NCBI GenBank assembly: GCA_021774445.1
Contig: JAJFJA010000074.1
Span: forward strand, 23,387-87,386
DNA: 64,000 bases
DNA from: Alphaproteobacteria bacterium
GTDB lineage: Bacteria; Pseudomonadota; Alphaproteobacteria; UBA6615
Direction of reading: 5' to 3'
This document shows, piece after piece, positions 39,758 to 51,292 of the stretch; within the stretch, counting starts at the first letter, position 1, and each line of letters begins with the position of its first letter. Made by a program: the position numbers and the translations under genes. Below the pieces are notes generated by a model, which ran no database searches, was not told where the DNA came from, and saw only the letters and a program-made list of their open reading frames with translations.

Positions 39758-40638
39758 GGCATCCTGGCGAGGGCGCGCAACACCGTCAAACGTGCGGTGC
39801 CCATAGCGATGACGACGGCGGAGATGGGGACGATGGCGAGAATACCCCATTGCCGAGGATCGAGGTTGAGCGGCGGGATGAAGGCCGCCTGAATGTCGCG
39901 GGCGAAGAAGCCGATAAGGGCGAGCAACGCGGCGGCGGTGATGGCCCCGAGCAGGCCACCGCGCAGCCCCTGACGCATGGCTTGGCCCTGGAACTGGGCC
40001 GCGACGTAGCTGTCTCGCGCGCCCATGAAATGGAGTAGTTCGATAATATCGTAGTGGACGGCGAAACCGCTGCGGGTGGCAAAGATCACCGTTGCCACGG
40101 CGCTGAAGCCAATAAGGACCACAACCAGTAAGGCGGCGAGTTCGACGATCCGGGCGAGGTCGATCAACCCGGAGAGCCAGACCCGGTGATCATCGATAGC
40201 AACGCCGGAGGCGACTTCGGATAGGCGCGTGGCCAAGGTAGTGCTGTCGAGACGCGCGCCTGGTGTCAGCTCGACGTCAATTAGCAATGGCACCGGCAGG
40301 TCGGTGTCGCCGGCGGCGTCGCCGAGCCAGGGCTCGAGCAGGGCCGCGACCGCGGCCGCGGCCAGGGGTTCGGCCGAAATCACGCCAGGGGTGGCGCGCA
40401 GCATGGTCAAGATGGCAGCACTCTGGGCGGCCGCCACGTCGCTGTCTTCCGCCGGGATCTGCACGGTCATGCGCCCGCTGAGACCATTGTCCCAGGTATC
40501 CGCGGCGCGTTGGACAATGAGTGCCGCGGCTGCGGCCAGGGCGGCAAGCAAGACCATCAGAGCGACGATCCATGGCAGGAACCGGGTGGACTGGTCCTGG
40601 TCGAAGGGCAGGTCCGTGCGCGTGCGGCCCCACATCAC
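39754..40638 (-). CDS. ftsX: Cell division permease FtsX
   Basis: TM1, periplasmic domain (LLEPWLG, LPVP.LI, DDH..W), IIELLH.MGA.D.Y; follows ftsE. Confidence 0.92.
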   Translation of the reverse strand: MMWGRTRTDLPFDQDQSTRFLPWIVALMVLLAALAAAAALIVQRAADTWDNGLSGRMTVQIPAEDSDVAAAQSAAILTMLRATPGVISAEPLAAAAVAALLEPWLGDAAGDTDLPVPLLIDVELTPGARLDSTTLATRLSEVASGVAIDDHRVWLSGLIDLARIVELAALLVVVLIGFSAVATVIFATRSGFAVHYDIIELLHFMGARDSYVAAQFQGQAMRQGLRGGLLGAITAAALLALIGFFARDIQAAFIPPLNLDPRQWGILAIVPISAVVIAMGTARLTVLRALARMP

Positions 40639-41315
40639 TCGGCGGCTCCGCGGCGGCTGCCGACGACCTGCAGTTCGCCATCCTCCAGCCGCAATATGGG
40701 ATAAGGAAAGCGGCCGATCAGGGCTTCGTTGTGACTGGCGATCAACACCGTGGTCCCCATGCGGTTGAGCTGTTCAAACAGATACATGAGGCGCACGGCA
40801 ATGTCGTCGTCAACATTGCCGGTCGGCTCGTCGGCGAGGAGCAGGCTGGGCCGGTTGATCACGGCCCGCGCGATGGCAACACGCTGCTGCTGACCACCGG
40901 AGAGCGTCGACGGCCTGGCGTCGAGATGATCGGCGAGACCGACCCAGGTCAGCAACTCACGCACATGGGCCTCGGTTTCATCGCGATCGGCGCCGGCGAA
41001 GCGTAAGGGTAGAGCGACATTCTCAACCGCCGTCAGATGTTCGATAAGGCGGAAGTCCTGATAGACCACACCAATGCGGCGGCGTAGTGGCGGCAGGTCG
41101 GCGCGGGGCGTCACGGAAATGTCACGGCCGAATACATGCACCAACCCCCGCGATGGGCGGTGGGCGAGATACATTAGTTTGAGTAGAGTCGTCTTACCGG
41201 CGCCGCTGGCGCCGGTAAGAAAGTGAAACGACCCCGGTTCGAGGGTAAAGTTGAGGTCGCGCAGTACCTCGGGTCCCATGCCGTATCGCATGCCGACATT
41301 CTCGAAACGCAGCAC
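40635..41315 (-). CDS. ftsE: Cell division ATP-binding protein FtsE
   Basis: GASGAGKTT, RRRIGVVYQDFRL, LSGGQQQR and ADEPTGNVD. Confidence 0.95.
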   Translation of the reverse strand: MLRFENVGMRYGMGPEVLRDLNFTLEPGSFHFLTGASGAGKTTLLKLMYLAHRPSRGLVHVFGRDISVTPRADLPPLRRRIGVVYQDFRLIEHLTAVENVALPLRFAGADRDETEAHVRELLTWVGLADHLDARPSTLSGGQQQRVAIARAVINRPSLLLADEPTGNVDDDIAVRLMYLFEQLNRMGTTVLIASHNEALIGRFPYPILRLEDGELQVVGSRRGAAE

Positions 41316-41547
41316 GAATCACCCTCTCGGTGCAGTCTGGAACATTCTGATGTTCGCCGTAACAAACTACCGCAGAATCGCATGGCGGACAGGTTGGCGT
41401 AAAGCACAGGAGGGATACTCTAACGCCAAGGTGCTCGGGTTGCCTCCTATGAACGTAGCATTTATAACCGATATGTTGAGCGCGGCGATGACGGATGGGC
41501 CACATATACGTATTCGCCCGTGATAAGACGCAAAGGTTTCACCTGGA

Positions 41548-42237
41548 ATGATCCTCTCCTGTCCGTCTTGCTCAGCGCGGTTCGTCGTTGACGCACGTGC
41601 GTTGCGGCCGAGCGGGCGGGTCGTCAAATGCGGCAAGTGCGCGCATCAGTGGCGCGAAGAGGCGCCGCCGCCGGAAGACACACTGCCGGCCGCAGACGCG
41701 GCAGACGCGTTGGTCCCGCCGCCATTGGAGCCGCCGCAGAGCTTCCGCCGGCGGGCGAACCTGCCGGCCTTTCCGCAACCACCAAAGCGGCGCCGCCCGG
41801 GGGTCATAGCGCTGGCCCTGGTGGCGTCGATCCTGGTGGCGGCGCTGGGCATCCTGTGGTTCGGTCGGGCACCGCTGGTCGAGCTGTGGCCGGCGGCGGC
41901 AGAGCTATATGCCGCTATTGGTCTGGCGGAAGGCGATAAGGAGCCACCGGTGCTGGGGGAGGGGCTGCAGCTCGACCAGGTCACGCCGCGCCGGACCACA
42001 GAGGGCAATGTGCCCTATCTGGTGATTGAAGGCGAAGTGGTGAACAGCTCGGAGACGACTCGCGAAGTGCCGCGGATGGTTGCCCTGCTAAGCGACACCA
42101 ATGACGAGGTGGTCCAGCATTGGACCTTTTCCGTCGAGGCGCGCCAGCTTGGTCCCGGCGAGCGTGTACCGTTCTCAACCCGATTGGCCAATCCGTCGGA
42201 CGTGGCGTCGGGCATTAAGATTGAATTTACCCAATAA
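41548..42237 (+). CDS. MJ0042-type zinc-ribbon / DUF3426 membrane protein (ZitP-like)
   Basis: CPSC..RF...GR.VKCGKCAHQW, one TM helix and a periplasmic IEGEVVN..VP domain. Confidence 0.85.
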   Translation: MILSCPSCSARFVVDARALRPSGRVVKCGKCAHQWREEAPPPEDTLPAADAADALVPPPLEPPQSFRRRANLPAFPQPPKRRRPGVIALALVASILVAALGILWFGRAPLVELWPAAAELYAAIGLAEGDKEPPVLGEGLQLDQVTPRRTTEGNVPYLVIEGEVVNSSETTREVPRMVALLSDTNDEVVQHWTFSVEARQLGPGERVPFSTRLANPSDVASGIKIEFTQ

Positions 42238-42315
42238 CCCGAGACTCGCGGGGTAGCGGCGACGGTCGGCTCAACAGGCCGCGCGCGCACTGGCTGACGG
42301 CCCGGCGAGGTTTAG

Positions 42316-42681
42316 ATGGCACGTATCCTGGTGGCAGAGGACGACAGCGCGGTGCGCGAGTTTGTCGACCGTTCGCTGCGCCATGACGGTCATGAGGTGG
42401 TGACGGCCCATGACGGGCTCGACGCCCTGGACAAATTACACGCCGCGCCTTGTGAACTGCTCATTACCGACATCGTGATGCCGGGTATGGATGGCATCGC
42501 GCTCGCGCTCAAGGTGGCGAAGGACTTTCCGGACGTGGCGATCGTGCTGATGACCGGCTACGCCGCCGAACGACAGCGGGCGCACAATCTGGAGATTCTG
42601 ATCCACCGGGTGCTGGCCAAGCCCTTCACACTGACGCAGCTGTGCGCGATAGCCGCGGAAGCGTTGGCGGTCGGCCGCTAG
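42316..42681 (+). CDS. Single-domain response regulator (CpdR-like)
   Basis: ILVAEDD, LLITDIVMPGMDG, MTGYAA and KPFTL. Confidence 0.9.
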   Translation: MARILVAEDDSAVREFVDRSLRHDGHEVVTAHDGLDALDKLHAAPCELLITDIVMPGMDGIALALKVAKDFPDVAIVLMTGYAAERQRAHNLEILIHRVLAKPFTLTQLCAIAAEALAVGR

Positions 42682-42730
42682 ATCGACGCATTTTTGGCGC
42701 TTAAACAATGCTGTTTGAGCGGAAAAAGCC

Positions 42731-45184
42731 CTAGAAACGGCGCAGCAGGCGCTCGATGTAGTCCTGCTCGGTCACGGGGCGGTCGCGCTGACCGGCGCGG
42801 CGGCGCAATTCGTCCAAGATCTCACGGGCACGCTGTAAGTCAGCTTCTTCGGGAATGGCCACGCGACCGGTGTCGAGCCCGCGATTGCCTTCGGTTCGAC
42901 GGCCCAAAGGATCCTGGCCATCACGGAAATTGCCAAGCTGGCCGGGCTGGTTCCCCTGCTGACCCTGGCCGAGCTGTTCAGCCAATTGCTCGGCGGCGGC
43001 CCGGGCGCCTTCGCGGAGCTGGTCGAGGGCTTGGCCTTGCGGTCCTAGAGATTGACCGGGTTCGCCGCCGGCGAGAGCCTCAGTCGATTGGCGCATGGAT
43101 TGCTCGGCATTGCCGAGCTGAGGTGGGATTTGCCCCGACATTTCACCGAGCTGGCGCATGGCCTCGCCGAGCTGGCGGCGCAGGCTTTCCTGCTCGGCAG
43201 CGCTGGCGCGGCCGTTATCGGAGGGTTGTTGGCCCTGCTGACTGTCACGAAAGGTGCGGTCGAGCAGCTGTTGCTGACCACGGGTAATATCCTGCAGCTG
43301 ATCAAGGAGTTGCTCAGCTTGCTGCTGGCCGGGCGGCTGGCGGGCGAACATGGGCTGGTTATTCAGGTTCTCCAGCATCTGCTGCAGTTGGCTCAGCATC
43401 TCGCGGGCGGCATCGCGGGCGCCCATGCGGGTCAGATCCTGGGCCCGGTCAATCAATTGCTCGAGGTCCTGCTGGCTTAAGGCGAGGGCGTTGGCGTCCG
43501 GCTGGATTTGCGGGATCTCACCGCGTTCGAGCTGGCGCTGGAGGTTCTCGCGGGCGGCCTGGAAAAAACGATCCAGGGCTTCGCGCAGTTCGTCGAGCAA
43601 GCGCTCGATCTCAGCGTCCTCGGCATTGTTCGCGAGGGCCTCCTGGAGGCGGCGCTGCAATTCCCGTAACTCGCGTTCGGCCAGGGAAAGGCCGCCATCC
43701 TCGAGATGCAACGCGGTATCCCACAACAGCTGTTGGACGCTGGCGGTGGCGTCGGCCTCGCCATTCAGCAGCCGCGCCGCGGCCACTCTGAGGGCGAGAT
43801 GGACGGCAAAATCCTCGGCATAGCGCTCCGGTTGGCGGGCAATGGACGACAGCGCGCTGACCACGGTGGTGACGTCATCGGGGTCGCGAACCAGCTGTTT
43901 GCGCAGGGCGATCAGCTGGCGGGCGATGGGATGGCTGAACTCGCGCTCGGGCAAGGTGATGGTCAAGGCGTCGGAGTTGCCGGCCTGGCCGAGCGCGTCA
44001 GTGGCGGTGAGCTGGACCACAACCGGCAATCCGGCCCAAGGGTGGGCGGTCAGGTCGTGGAAGGACGCGATCGCCGGGTCGCCGGGCAGCGCTTGCGGCA
44101 GCGGCAGCTCGATCGCCAGGTCCGCGTCCGCCGCGGTGGCCTCGGCGGCCGGCCGGATGATGCTGGCCCGCACCTGCTCGATGCCGTAGTCGTCGTCGCT
44201 GCTGTGCTCGATGCGCAGGGCGGCGCGATTGGATGCGGTCGGCGGCGCGGCGAAACTGATGGTCGGTGGCTGGTCCGGAATGAGTGCCAAATCGAGCAGA
44301 ACAAGCTCATTTGCGCCCTGGCGCAACACCAGGGGGAGCTGGGTCGGCTGCACGGTCTCGACCGGGGTCTCGACACGCCAACTACGATCGCTGGTCGCTT
44401 GCAACAAATGCTCGGCAGCGCCGAGGGATAGGCTTGGCTGGCCGCGGCCGTCGTGGAGTTGGGCGAGAATGACGCTGCCGGTGGGGACCGGGACGGGCTC
44501 GGTTGGGAGGGCCTCGGGATCGAAGAAAATGGGGGCGAGGCCGGTGTATTCGGGCGGCGTGATCCACATTTCGACGGTGGCCGCGGTGACTCCGCCGAGG
44601 CCGCTCAAATCGGGGCTTACGGCACGCGCCAACCGGTTACCGGCGTCGCCACCAGCGGCGATGAAGCCGATCGCGACGGCAAGAATTAAGGCAATCCGCA
44701 GAGCCCTGGGGTCATGCTGTGCCAAGCCCGGGCGGGGCCAGGGCACCCGGGCGGCGGCAATCGCCCGGGCGGCACGGGCAATATGGGCGCGCCATAAGGC
44801 ATTCTCCGCCGCGCCGGCCAGGGCCGCAGCCGGCTGATCCTGAATCGCCGTCAGCGGGCGATGGCTAAGGCCGGCATCAGTCTCCAAGCGGCGCTGGGCG
44901 GCGTGAGTGGTGGGAACATGGAAGTGGGAGAAGCCGCGGATCGCCGCGGCGACGACGGCGCTGGCAAAGGCGATGAGCGCGAGCAGGTGCAGCCACCCGG
45001 GCAAAATCGGCAGCAAACCGACGAGAGAAAGCGCGAGGAAAAGACCGGTGACGGCCAGGAGCGGCCAAAGGGCGGGCCACAGCCGTTCCCACAGGAGCAC
45101 CAGCCGGGCCAGCTTGATGCGGCGGTGAAGGCGGGCGATCGCTGTCCCTCGGGGCGCGGGGCGGTGATCTTGATGCTCGATCAT
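42731..45184 (-). CDS. TIGR02302 / DUF4175 family membrane protein
   Basis: WERLWP, WITPPEYTG, DDYG, HPWAGL, a Gln-rich coiled coil, DPLGR and RAREILDELRRR..YIERLL; ATGA overlap with lysA. Confidence 0.9.
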   Translation of the reverse strand: MIEHQDHRPAPRGTAIARLHRRIKLARLVLLWERLWPALWPLLAVTGLFLALSLVGLLPILPGWLHLLALIAFASAVVAAAIRGFSHFHVPTTHAAQRRLETDAGLSHRPLTAIQDQPAAALAGAAENALWRAHIARAARAIAAARVPWPRPGLAQHDPRALRIALILAVAIGFIAAGGDAGNRLARAVSPDLSGLGGVTAATVEMWITPPEYTGLAPIFFDPEALPTEPVPVPTGSVILAQLHDGRGQPSLSLGAAEHLLQATSDRSWRVETPVETVQPTQLPLVLRQGANELVLLDLALIPDQPPTISFAAPPTASNRAALRIEHSSDDDYGIEQVRASIIRPAAEATAADADLAIELPLPQALPGDPAIASFHDLTAHPWAGLPVVVQLTATDALGQAGNSDALTITLPEREFSHPIARQLIALRKQLVRDPDDVTTVVSALSSIARQPERYAEDFAVHLALRVAAARLLNGEADATASVQQLLWDTALHLEDGGLSLAERELRELQRRLQEALANNAEDAEIERLLDELREALDRFFQAARENLQRQLERGEIPQIQPDANALALSQQDLEQLIDRAQDLTRMGARDAAREMLSQLQQMLENLNNQPMFARQPPGQQQAEQLLDQLQDITRGQQQLLDRTFRDSQQGQQPSDNGRASAAEQESLRRQLGEAMRQLGEMSGQIPPQLGNAEQSMRQSTEALAGGEPGQSLGPQGQALDQLREGARAAAEQLAEQLGQGQQGNQPGQLGNFRDGQDPLGRRTEGNRGLDTGRVAIPEEADLQRAREILDELRRRAGQRDRPVTEQDYIERLLRRF

Positions 45185-46500
45185 GGTGTCGCTACCTCGG
45201 CATGCCGCGCCGTGGCCGGCTCGTCGAGCCAATTGGGCATGCTCTCCTGGGCGAGTAGCGCCGCGACGCTTTGGCGGGCCCGGATGACCGCGTGGGCCTC
45301 GCCGCGAACCATCACCTCGGGAATAAGCGGCCGGCTGTTGTAGGTCGAGGCCATGACGGCGCCATAGGCGCCGGCGCCGCTGAACGCCACAAGATCGCCG
45401 GCGGCCAAGGGTGGCAGGCTGCGCCCGGTGGCGAAGGTGTCGCTGCTCTCACAAACCGGACCGACGATGTCGGCGGCGCTGCGCCGCGCGCCGGAATCGG
45501 GTTCGACGATCGGCATAATGTCGTGCCAGGCTTCATACATGGCCGGCCGGATCAGGTCGTTCATGGCGGCGTCGAGGATAATGAAGCGGCGGCCGGCATG
45601 CTCCTTCACAAACAAGACGCGGCTGACCAGAACACCGGCATCGCCAACCAGGCGGCGGCCGGGTTCGAAGGTGAGCGAACAGCCCGAGCGGCCGACGGTT
45701 TCGCGGACGATCGCGGCATAATCGGCGATCGCCGGCGGCCGTTCGTCGCGGTAGGCGATGCCAAGCCCGCCGCCAAGGTCGAGCCGGTTGATATCGTGGC
45801 CTTGCTCGCGCAGGCTCGTTACAAGCTCGGCGACACGACCGAAAGCGGCACGGAACGGTGGTAGCTGGGTGAGCTGACTGCCGATATGGACGGCGGCGCC
45901 GACGGCTTGAATGCCGGGCAGTTCGCGGGCCATTGCGTAGACGCGTGGCGCTTCGTCGATATCGATGCCGAATTTGTTGCCCTTGGTGCCGGTGGTAATC
46001 TTGGCGTGGGTGCGCGCGTCGACATCCGGGTTGACGCGGAGGGCAACCTTGGCGGTGACCCGACGCGCCGCCGCCAATTGGGACAACAGTGTCAGTTCGG
46101 GTTCCGACTCGACATTGATCTGATGGATCCGGTGGTCGAGAGCCGCGGCCAATTCCTCAGAACTCTTGCCGACACCGGAGAAGACAATCTTGGCGGGGGG
46201 GACGCCAGCGGCCAAGGCTCGCTGCAGCTCGCCGCCAGAGACAACGTCGGCCCCGGCACCGAGGCGCGCCAGGGTCTTGACCACCGCGAGGTTGGAATTG
46301 GCCTTCATGGCAAAGCATATCGTCGCGTCAAGGCCGGCGAGGGCGGCCTCGAACTCGCGGTAGGCGCCCTCGATCGCGGTGGAGCTATAACAATAAAAAG
46401 GCGTGCCGACCAAGGCGGCGAGATCGGCCAGGGGCCGCCGCTCGGCGTGCAGCTCGCCGGCTTGGTAGTGAAACGGTGCCTGGTCTCGACCCTGGTTCAT
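45181..46500 (-). CDS. lysA: Diaminopimelate decarboxylase
   Basis: FAMKANSN, DVVSGGEL, FSGVGK, RVNPDV, HIGSQ, DLGGG, EPGR, GPVCESSD and GAYG.VMAS.YNSRP. Confidence 0.96.
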   Translation of the reverse strand: MNQGRDQAPFHYQAGELHAERRPLADLAALVGTPFYCYSSTAIEGAYREFEAALAGLDATICFAMKANSNLAVVKTLARLGAGADVVSGGELQRALAAGVPPAKIVFSGVGKSSEELAAALDHRIHQINVESEPELTLLSQLAAARRVTAKVALRVNPDVDARTHAKITTGTKGNKFGIDIDEAPRVYAMARELPGIQAVGAAVHIGSQLTQLPPFRAAFGRVAELVTSLREQGHDINRLDLGGGLGIAYRDERPPAIADYAAIVRETVGRSGCSLTFEPGRRLVGDAGVLVSRVLFVKEHAGRRFIILDAAMNDLIRPAMYEAWHDIMPIVEPDSGARRSAADIVGPVCESSDTFATGRSLPPLAAGDLVAFSGAGAYGAVMASTYNSRPLIPEVMVRGEAHAVIRARQSVAALLAQESMPNWLDEPATARHAEVATP

Positions 46501-46628
46501 CGCGTCGGGTAGCTCCTGGGGAATGCGCTGTCCTCGGAGGGTGGCTTGGGCGGGCCCTTTTTGCCACAGGCGCCGACCGAGAAGGCAAGGATCACGGCCA
46601 ACAATAAGACGGTCAGCGGGCGGCTCAT
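46497..46628 (-). CDS. lptM: Small lipoprotein LptM/LppL (43 aa; absent from the ORF track)
   Basis: [43 protein letters not shown]: lipobox GAC plus CGKKGP motif, with ATGA overlaps to both argH and lysA. Confidence 0.88.
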   Translation of the reverse strand: MSRPLTVLLLAVILAFSVGACGKKGPPKPPSEDSAFPRSYPTR

Positions 46629-48064
46629 GGCGTTTCTCCGGCGCCGGCCAAGAAGCGCTGACGAGCCGCTTCCGCAGCGGTGGCAACACGATCCATCGCC
46701 GTGCCACCGTAGCTCGACCGGCTGCGCACCGAGGCCTCCACCGACAGTACATCATACACGCCCACATTGATATTCGGCTCGACCGACTGCATTTGCGCCA
46801 ATGACAATTGCGCGAGGCCGACGCCCTCGTGCTCGGCGAGGCGGACCAGGGCACCGGTGACATGATGGGCATCGCGAAACGGCATGTTCAACTGGCGGAC
46901 GAGCCAGTCGGCGAGGTCGGTGGCCGTGGGAAATCCGGCCGAGGCGGCGGCGAGCAAGGCGGGCTCATTGGCCTGCAAATCGGCCACCATGCCGGCGGTC
47001 GCGGCGATCGCCAACGCCAGGTTGTCGGCGGCGTCGAAGACCGGCTCCTTGTCCTCTTGCATATCCTTGCCGTAGGCCATGGGCAGGCCCTTCATGACGA
47101 CCAGCAAGGTGGTCATGGCGCCGATAATACGGCCGGCCTTGGCGCGGGCAAGCTCGGCCGCGTCGGGGTTGCGTTTCTGGGGCATGATCGAGCTGCCGGT
47201 GGTGTAGGCATCGGACAGTTCGACAAAGGCGAAATTTTGACTGCACCAGATCACCAGCTCTTCGGCGAAGCGGGAAATATGAACCGCGGTCAGGGAGGCG
47301 GCGGCCAAGAACTCAATGGCGAAATCCCGGTCGGAGACGGAATCCAGCGAGTTGGCCGTCGGCCGGTCGAAGCCGAGATCGCGGGCCGTCCGTTCGCGGT
47401 CGATGGGAAATGACGTGCCCGCCAGGGCGGCGGCGCCGAGTGGGCATTCGTTGAGGCGCTTGCGGCAATCGGCGAAGCGGCCACGGTCGCGGCCGAACAT
47501 CTCGACATAGGCGAGTAAGTGATGACCCAAGGTCACCGGCTGCGCGGTCTGGAGATGGGTGAAGCCGGGCATGATCACCGCAGCGTATTGTTCGGCGCGG
47601 TCGATCAACGTCGCCTGAAGCTCGCGCAGGCCGGCATTCAGGGAATCGATGGCATCGCGGACCCACAGACGCAGGTCGGTGGCGACCTGATCGTTGCGTG
47701 AGCGGCCGGTATGGAGCCGGCCGGCGGGCTCGCCAATGAGCTCGCGCAGCCGGGCCTCGACATTCATGTGAATGTCCTCGAGGGCCCGGGAATAGGCGAA
47801 ATCGCCGGACTCGATCTCTCGCAGAATCGTGTCTAGACCGTGAGTAATGGCGGCGCCATCTTCTGTAGTGATGATACCCTGGGCGGCAAGCATGCGTGCA
47901 TGTGCCTGGCTGGCGGTGATATCCTGGGCATAGAGCCGGCGGTCGAAGTCGATCGACGCGTTAATACGTTCCATGACTTCGGCCGGGCCAGCCGCGAACC
48001 GGCCGCCCCAGAGTGCGTTGGCAGCTTGGCCTTGCGGGGGCTGCTTGGTGTTTCGATCGGTCAT
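46625..48064 (-). CDS. argH: Argininosuccinate lyase
   Basis: [31 protein letters not shown] and [12 protein letters not shown]. Confidence 0.96.
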   Translation of the reverse strand: MTDRNTKQPPQGQAANALWGGRFAAGPAEVMERINASIDFDRRLYAQDITASQAHARMLAAQGIITTEDGAAITHGLDTILREIESGDFAYSRALEDIHMNVEARLRELIGEPAGRLHTGRSRNDQVATDLRLWVRDAIDSLNAGLRELQATLIDRAEQYAAVIMPGFTHLQTAQPVTLGHHLLAYVEMFGRDRGRFADCRKRLNECPLGAAALAGTSFPIDRERTARDLGFDRPTANSLDSVSDRDFAIEFLAAASLTAVHISRFAEELVIWCSQNFAFVELSDAYTTGSSIMPQKRNPDAAELARAKAGRIIGAMTTLLVVMKGLPMAYGKDMQEDKEPVFDAADNLALAIAATAGMVADLQANEPALLAAASAGFPTATDLADWLVRQLNMPFRDAHHVTGALVRLAEHEGVGLAQLSLAQMQSVEPNINVGVYDVLSVEASVRSRSSYGGTAMDRVATAAEAARQRFLAGAGETP

Positions 48065-48073
48065 GATGGGAAT

Positions 48074-48625
48074 ATGATGGTGAAGAACCTCTTTGTCAGC
48101 CTCGTTGCCGCTTTCGCCCTGCTTTCTCCACTTGGCGCGATCGCCGATACGCCGCCGATCTCGGGCTCGGTGCAGAATTTCATCGTGCATGACAGCCCGT
48201 TTCCGGCCCCGGATACACCGTTTGCCTCGCAGAACGATGGCGAGAAGACGCTGCAAGATATGCAGGGCAAGGTGACCTTGGTTAATTTCTGGGCCACTTG
48301 GTGCGGGCCTTGCGTGCGCGAGTTGCCATCGATCCAGCGCCTGCAGGCGGAGATGGCCGGTGACGACTTTCAGGTGGCCTTGGTGAGCCAGGATCGTGAC
48401 GGCTATAAGCGGATCGTGCCGTTTCTGAAGCGGCTCAAGATCGACATTCCGGGCAGCTTTCTCGATGAGAAGCTGAAATTGTCGCGGGCGCTGAGCGTGC
48501 GCAGCCTGCCGGTTTCGCTGCTACTCGATACCGAGGGTAACGAAGTCGGCCGGGTGACCGGGGCCGCGGAGTGGGATACGCCAGAAGCCCTGGCGCTAAT
48601 CCAGCACTATATCGACAAAAACTAG
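48074..48625 (+). CDS. tlpA: TlpA-family thiol:disulfide oxidoreductase
   Basis: Signal/TM segment, [15 protein letters not shown] and G.AEW; divergent from argH. Confidence 0.9.
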   Translation: MMVKNLFVSLVAAFALLSPLGAIADTPPISGSVQNFIVHDSPFPAPDTPFASQNDGEKTLQDMQGKVTLVNFWATWCGPCVRELPSIQRLQAEMAGDDFQVALVSQDRDGYKRIVPFLKRLKIDIPGSFLDEKLKLSRALSVRSLPVSLLLDTEGNEVGRVTGAAEWDTPEALALIQHYIDKN

Positions 48626-48642
48626 TCGTTCGGCGACGCGCC

Positions 48643-49515
48643 TCAGCGCGTCGGGACCGGGGTGTCGCCGGAGTAGTCGTAGAAACCGCGGCCGACCTTG
48701 CGGCCGGTCCAGCCGGCGTCGACATATTTGACCAATAGCGGGCAGGGCCGGTACTTCGAGTCGGAGAGGCCGTCGAACAGGACCTGCATGACCGACAAGC
48801 AGGTGTCGAGGCCGATGAAGTCGGCGAGCTCGAGCGGCCCCATGGGATGGTTGGCGCCGAGCCGCATGGACGTATCGATGGCCTCGACGGTGCCGACACC
48901 CTCATAGAGGGTGTACACAGCCTCATTGATCATCGGCAGCAGAATGCGGTTGACGATGAAGGCGGGAAAGTCCTCCGAGGTCGCCCAGCTCTTGTCGAGG
49001 CGCTCAGTAAGTTCTCGCACCGCCTCGAAGGTCTCGTCGGTGGTCGCCAAGCCACGGATCAGCTCGACCAATTTCATCAGCGGCACCGGGTTCATGAAAT
49101 GCATGCCCATGAACTTTTCCGGACGATCGGTCGACGCGGCGAGGCGGGTAATCGAGATCGAGGAGGTGTTGGTGGCGACGAATGCCTCGGGCTTGAGGTT
49201 CGGGCACAGCGCCTGCAGGATCTCAACTTTGACCGGCTCGTTCTCGGTCGCGGCCTCGATGACCATATCGACGGCGGACAGGGCACTGAGTTCGCCAGCG
49301 GTGGCAATACGTGCCGCGGCCGCGGTCATGCTGTCGGCGTCCTGGTGCCCGCGCTTGACCTGACGCGCCATGTTGGCGCGGATGATTTCGAGAGACTTCT
49401 CGAGTTGTTGCGGATTGTTGTCGACCAAGGTCACGTCGAGACCGGCCGCGGCACAGACATGGGCGATTCCGCTGCCCATTTGGCCGGCACCAATCACACC
49501 GATACTTTGAATCAT
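48643..49515 (-). CDS. hbd: 3-hydroxybutyryl-CoA dehydrogenase
   Basis: [31 protein letters not shown] and GANHPMGPL. Confidence 0.94.
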   Translation of the reverse strand: MIQSIGVIGAGQMGSGIAHVCAAAGLDVTLVDNNPQQLEKSLEIIRANMARQVKRGHQDADSMTAAAARIATAGELSALSAVDMVIEAATENEPVKVEILQALCPNLKPEAFVATNTSSISITRLAASTDRPEKFMGMHFMNPVPLMKLVELIRGLATTDETFEAVRELTERLDKSWATSEDFPAFIVNRILLPMINEAVYTLYEGVGTVEAIDTSMRLGANHPMGPLELADFIGLDTCLSVMQVLFDGLSDSKYRPCPLLVKYVDAGWTGRKVGRGFYDYSGDTPVPTR

Positions 49516-49564
49516 TGCTGATCTTCCTGCTTACTAGGAAACCCTCGCTGCAAGAGCCAAGTGC

Positions 49565-50509
49565 TCAGCCGAGGGCGTCCGCGAGTTCCGGGAGAACGGT
49601 AAAGAGGTCGGCGACCAAGCCATAGTCGGCGACCTGAAAAATCGGCGCTTCTTCGTCTTTGTTGATGGCGACGATGACTTTGCTGTCTTTCATGCCGGCA
49701 AGGTGCTGGATGGCACCCGAAATGCCGACGGCGATGTAAAGCTCCGGCGCGACGACTTTGCCGGTCTGGCCGACCTGGTAATCATTGGGCACGAAGCCTG
49801 CATCGACAGCGGCGCGTGAGGCACCGATGGCGGCGGCCAGCTTGTCGGCGATCGGCTCGAGCAGGGCGAAATTCTCACCCGAACCCATGCCGCGGCCGCC
49901 GGAGATGATGACACGAGCGGCGGTCAACTCGGGGCGTTCGCTCTCGGTTGCGTCGAGAGATACGAACTGGGCCAAGCCCGACGCCGCCGGCGCGGCGATG
50001 CTTTCCACGGCAGCAGCGCCGCCCTCCGCGGCCACCGGATCGAAAGCCGTGGCGCGCACGGTGATGAGTTTGGTGGCATCGGCAGACTTGACCGTTGCCA
50101 TGGCGTTGCCGGCGTAAATCGGCCGGATGAAAGTGTCGGCGTCGACGATGCCGGATATCTCCGAAATCTGCTGGACGTCGAGCAACGCCGCGGTGCGGGG
50201 CAACAAGTTCTTGCCGAAGGTGGTCGCAGGGGCGAGGACATGGCTGAAGCCCGCGGCCTGAGACACCACGATCGGCGCCAAATCCTCGGCCACGGCAGGG
50301 CTGAGCGCGGCATCGTCGGCACAGCGGACCGCGGCGACTCCAGCCGCTGCCGCGGCGGCCTTGGCGGCGGCGGCGCAATTATGGCCGGCGACGAGCACGA
50401 CGATATCGCCGGCGCCATGCTGGGACAGCTGCGCCGCGGCGGCGATGGTGTTCAGAGTGGCCGGCTTGAGGCTGGCGTTGTCATGTTCGGCAATGACGAG
50501 AATGCTCAT
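49565..50509 (-). CDS. etfA: Electron transfer flavoprotein alpha subunit
   Basis: [22 protein letters not shown] and [26 protein letters not shown]. Confidence 0.96.
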   Translation of the reverse strand: MSILVIAEHDNASLKPATLNTIAAAAQLSQHGAGDIVVLVAGHNCAAAAKAAAAAAGVAAVRCADDAALSPAVAEDLAPIVVSQAAGFSHVLAPATTFGKNLLPRTAALLDVQQISEISGIVDADTFIRPIYAGNAMATVKSADATKLITVRATAFDPVAAEGGAAAVESIAAPAASGLAQFVSLDATESERPELTAARVIISGGRGMGSGENFALLEPIADKLAAAIGASRAAVDAGFVPNDYQVGQTGKVVAPELYIAVGISGAIQHLAGMKDSKVIVAINKDEEAPIFQVADYGLVADLFTVLPELADALG

Positions 50510-51258
50510 GAAATCACCTTCGCCTCATTTCTAAGCTTGTCTACCAATTCGGCAACGTCGGCGACGATGACGCCGGCTTGGCGGCTCGCTGGCTCCTCGA
50601 CCTTGAGCGTGGTCAGGCGCGGAGCCGGATCGATGCCGAGATCGTCGGGCGTGACCTGGTCGATCGGCTTGCGTTTGGCTTTCATGATGTTCGGCAAAGA
50701 GGCGTAGCGCGGTTCGTTGAGACGCAGGTCGGTGGTCACGACCGCGGGCATTTTCAGGGTTAGAGTCTCCAGCCCGCCGTCGACTTCGCGGGTCACGGTG
50801 GCAGAGCCATCGGCCAGCGCCAGTTTGGAGGTGAAAGTGCCCTGAGCCCAGCCCAGTAAGGCCGCCAGCATCTGGCCGGTCTGATTGCTGTCATCGTCGA
50901 TGGCCTGTTTGCCGAGGATCACCAGTTGAGGATCCTCGCGTTTGACCAGAGCGGCCAGCAGCTTGGCGACGGCCAGAGGTTCCAGCGCGACATCGGTGGC
51001 GACATGGATGCCACGGTCGGCGCCCATGGCGAGAGCGGTGCGGATGGTTTCCTGACACTGCTGGACGCCGAGGGAGACGGCGACGATTTCAGTGACCGTG
51101 CCGGCCTCTTTCAGGCGCAGGGCTTCTTCGACGGCGATTTCGTCGAACGGATTCATGGACATTTTGACGTTGGCGGTGTCGACGCCGCTGCCGTCGGTCT
51201 TGACGCGGATCTTAACGTTGTAATCGACAACCCGTTTTACCGGGACCAGAACCTTCAT
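50506..51258 (-). CDS. etfB: Electron transfer flavoprotein beta subunit
   Basis: [30 protein letters not shown] and [10 protein letters not shown]. Confidence 0.96.
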   Translation of the reverse strand: MKVLVPVKRVVDYNVKIRVKTDGSGVDTANVKMSMNPFDEIAVEEALRLKEAGTVTEIVAVSLGVQQCQETIRTALAMGADRGIHVATDVALEPLAVAKLLAALVKREDPQLVILGKQAIDDDSNQTGQMLAALLGWAQGTFTSKLALADGSATVTREVDGGLETLTLKMPAVVTTDLRLNEPRYASLPNIMKAKRKPIDQVTPDDLGIDPAPRLTTLKVEEPASRQAGVIVADVAELVDKLRNEAKVIS

Positions 51259-51292
51259 CTGTACTCCCCGTCAGCCAATCGCGAGCGTATTT

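Noticed and set aside
46501-46872. 563-aa version of lysA
   Set aside because: The extension overlaps lptM and argH; the ATG at 46500 is coupled to the lptM stop.
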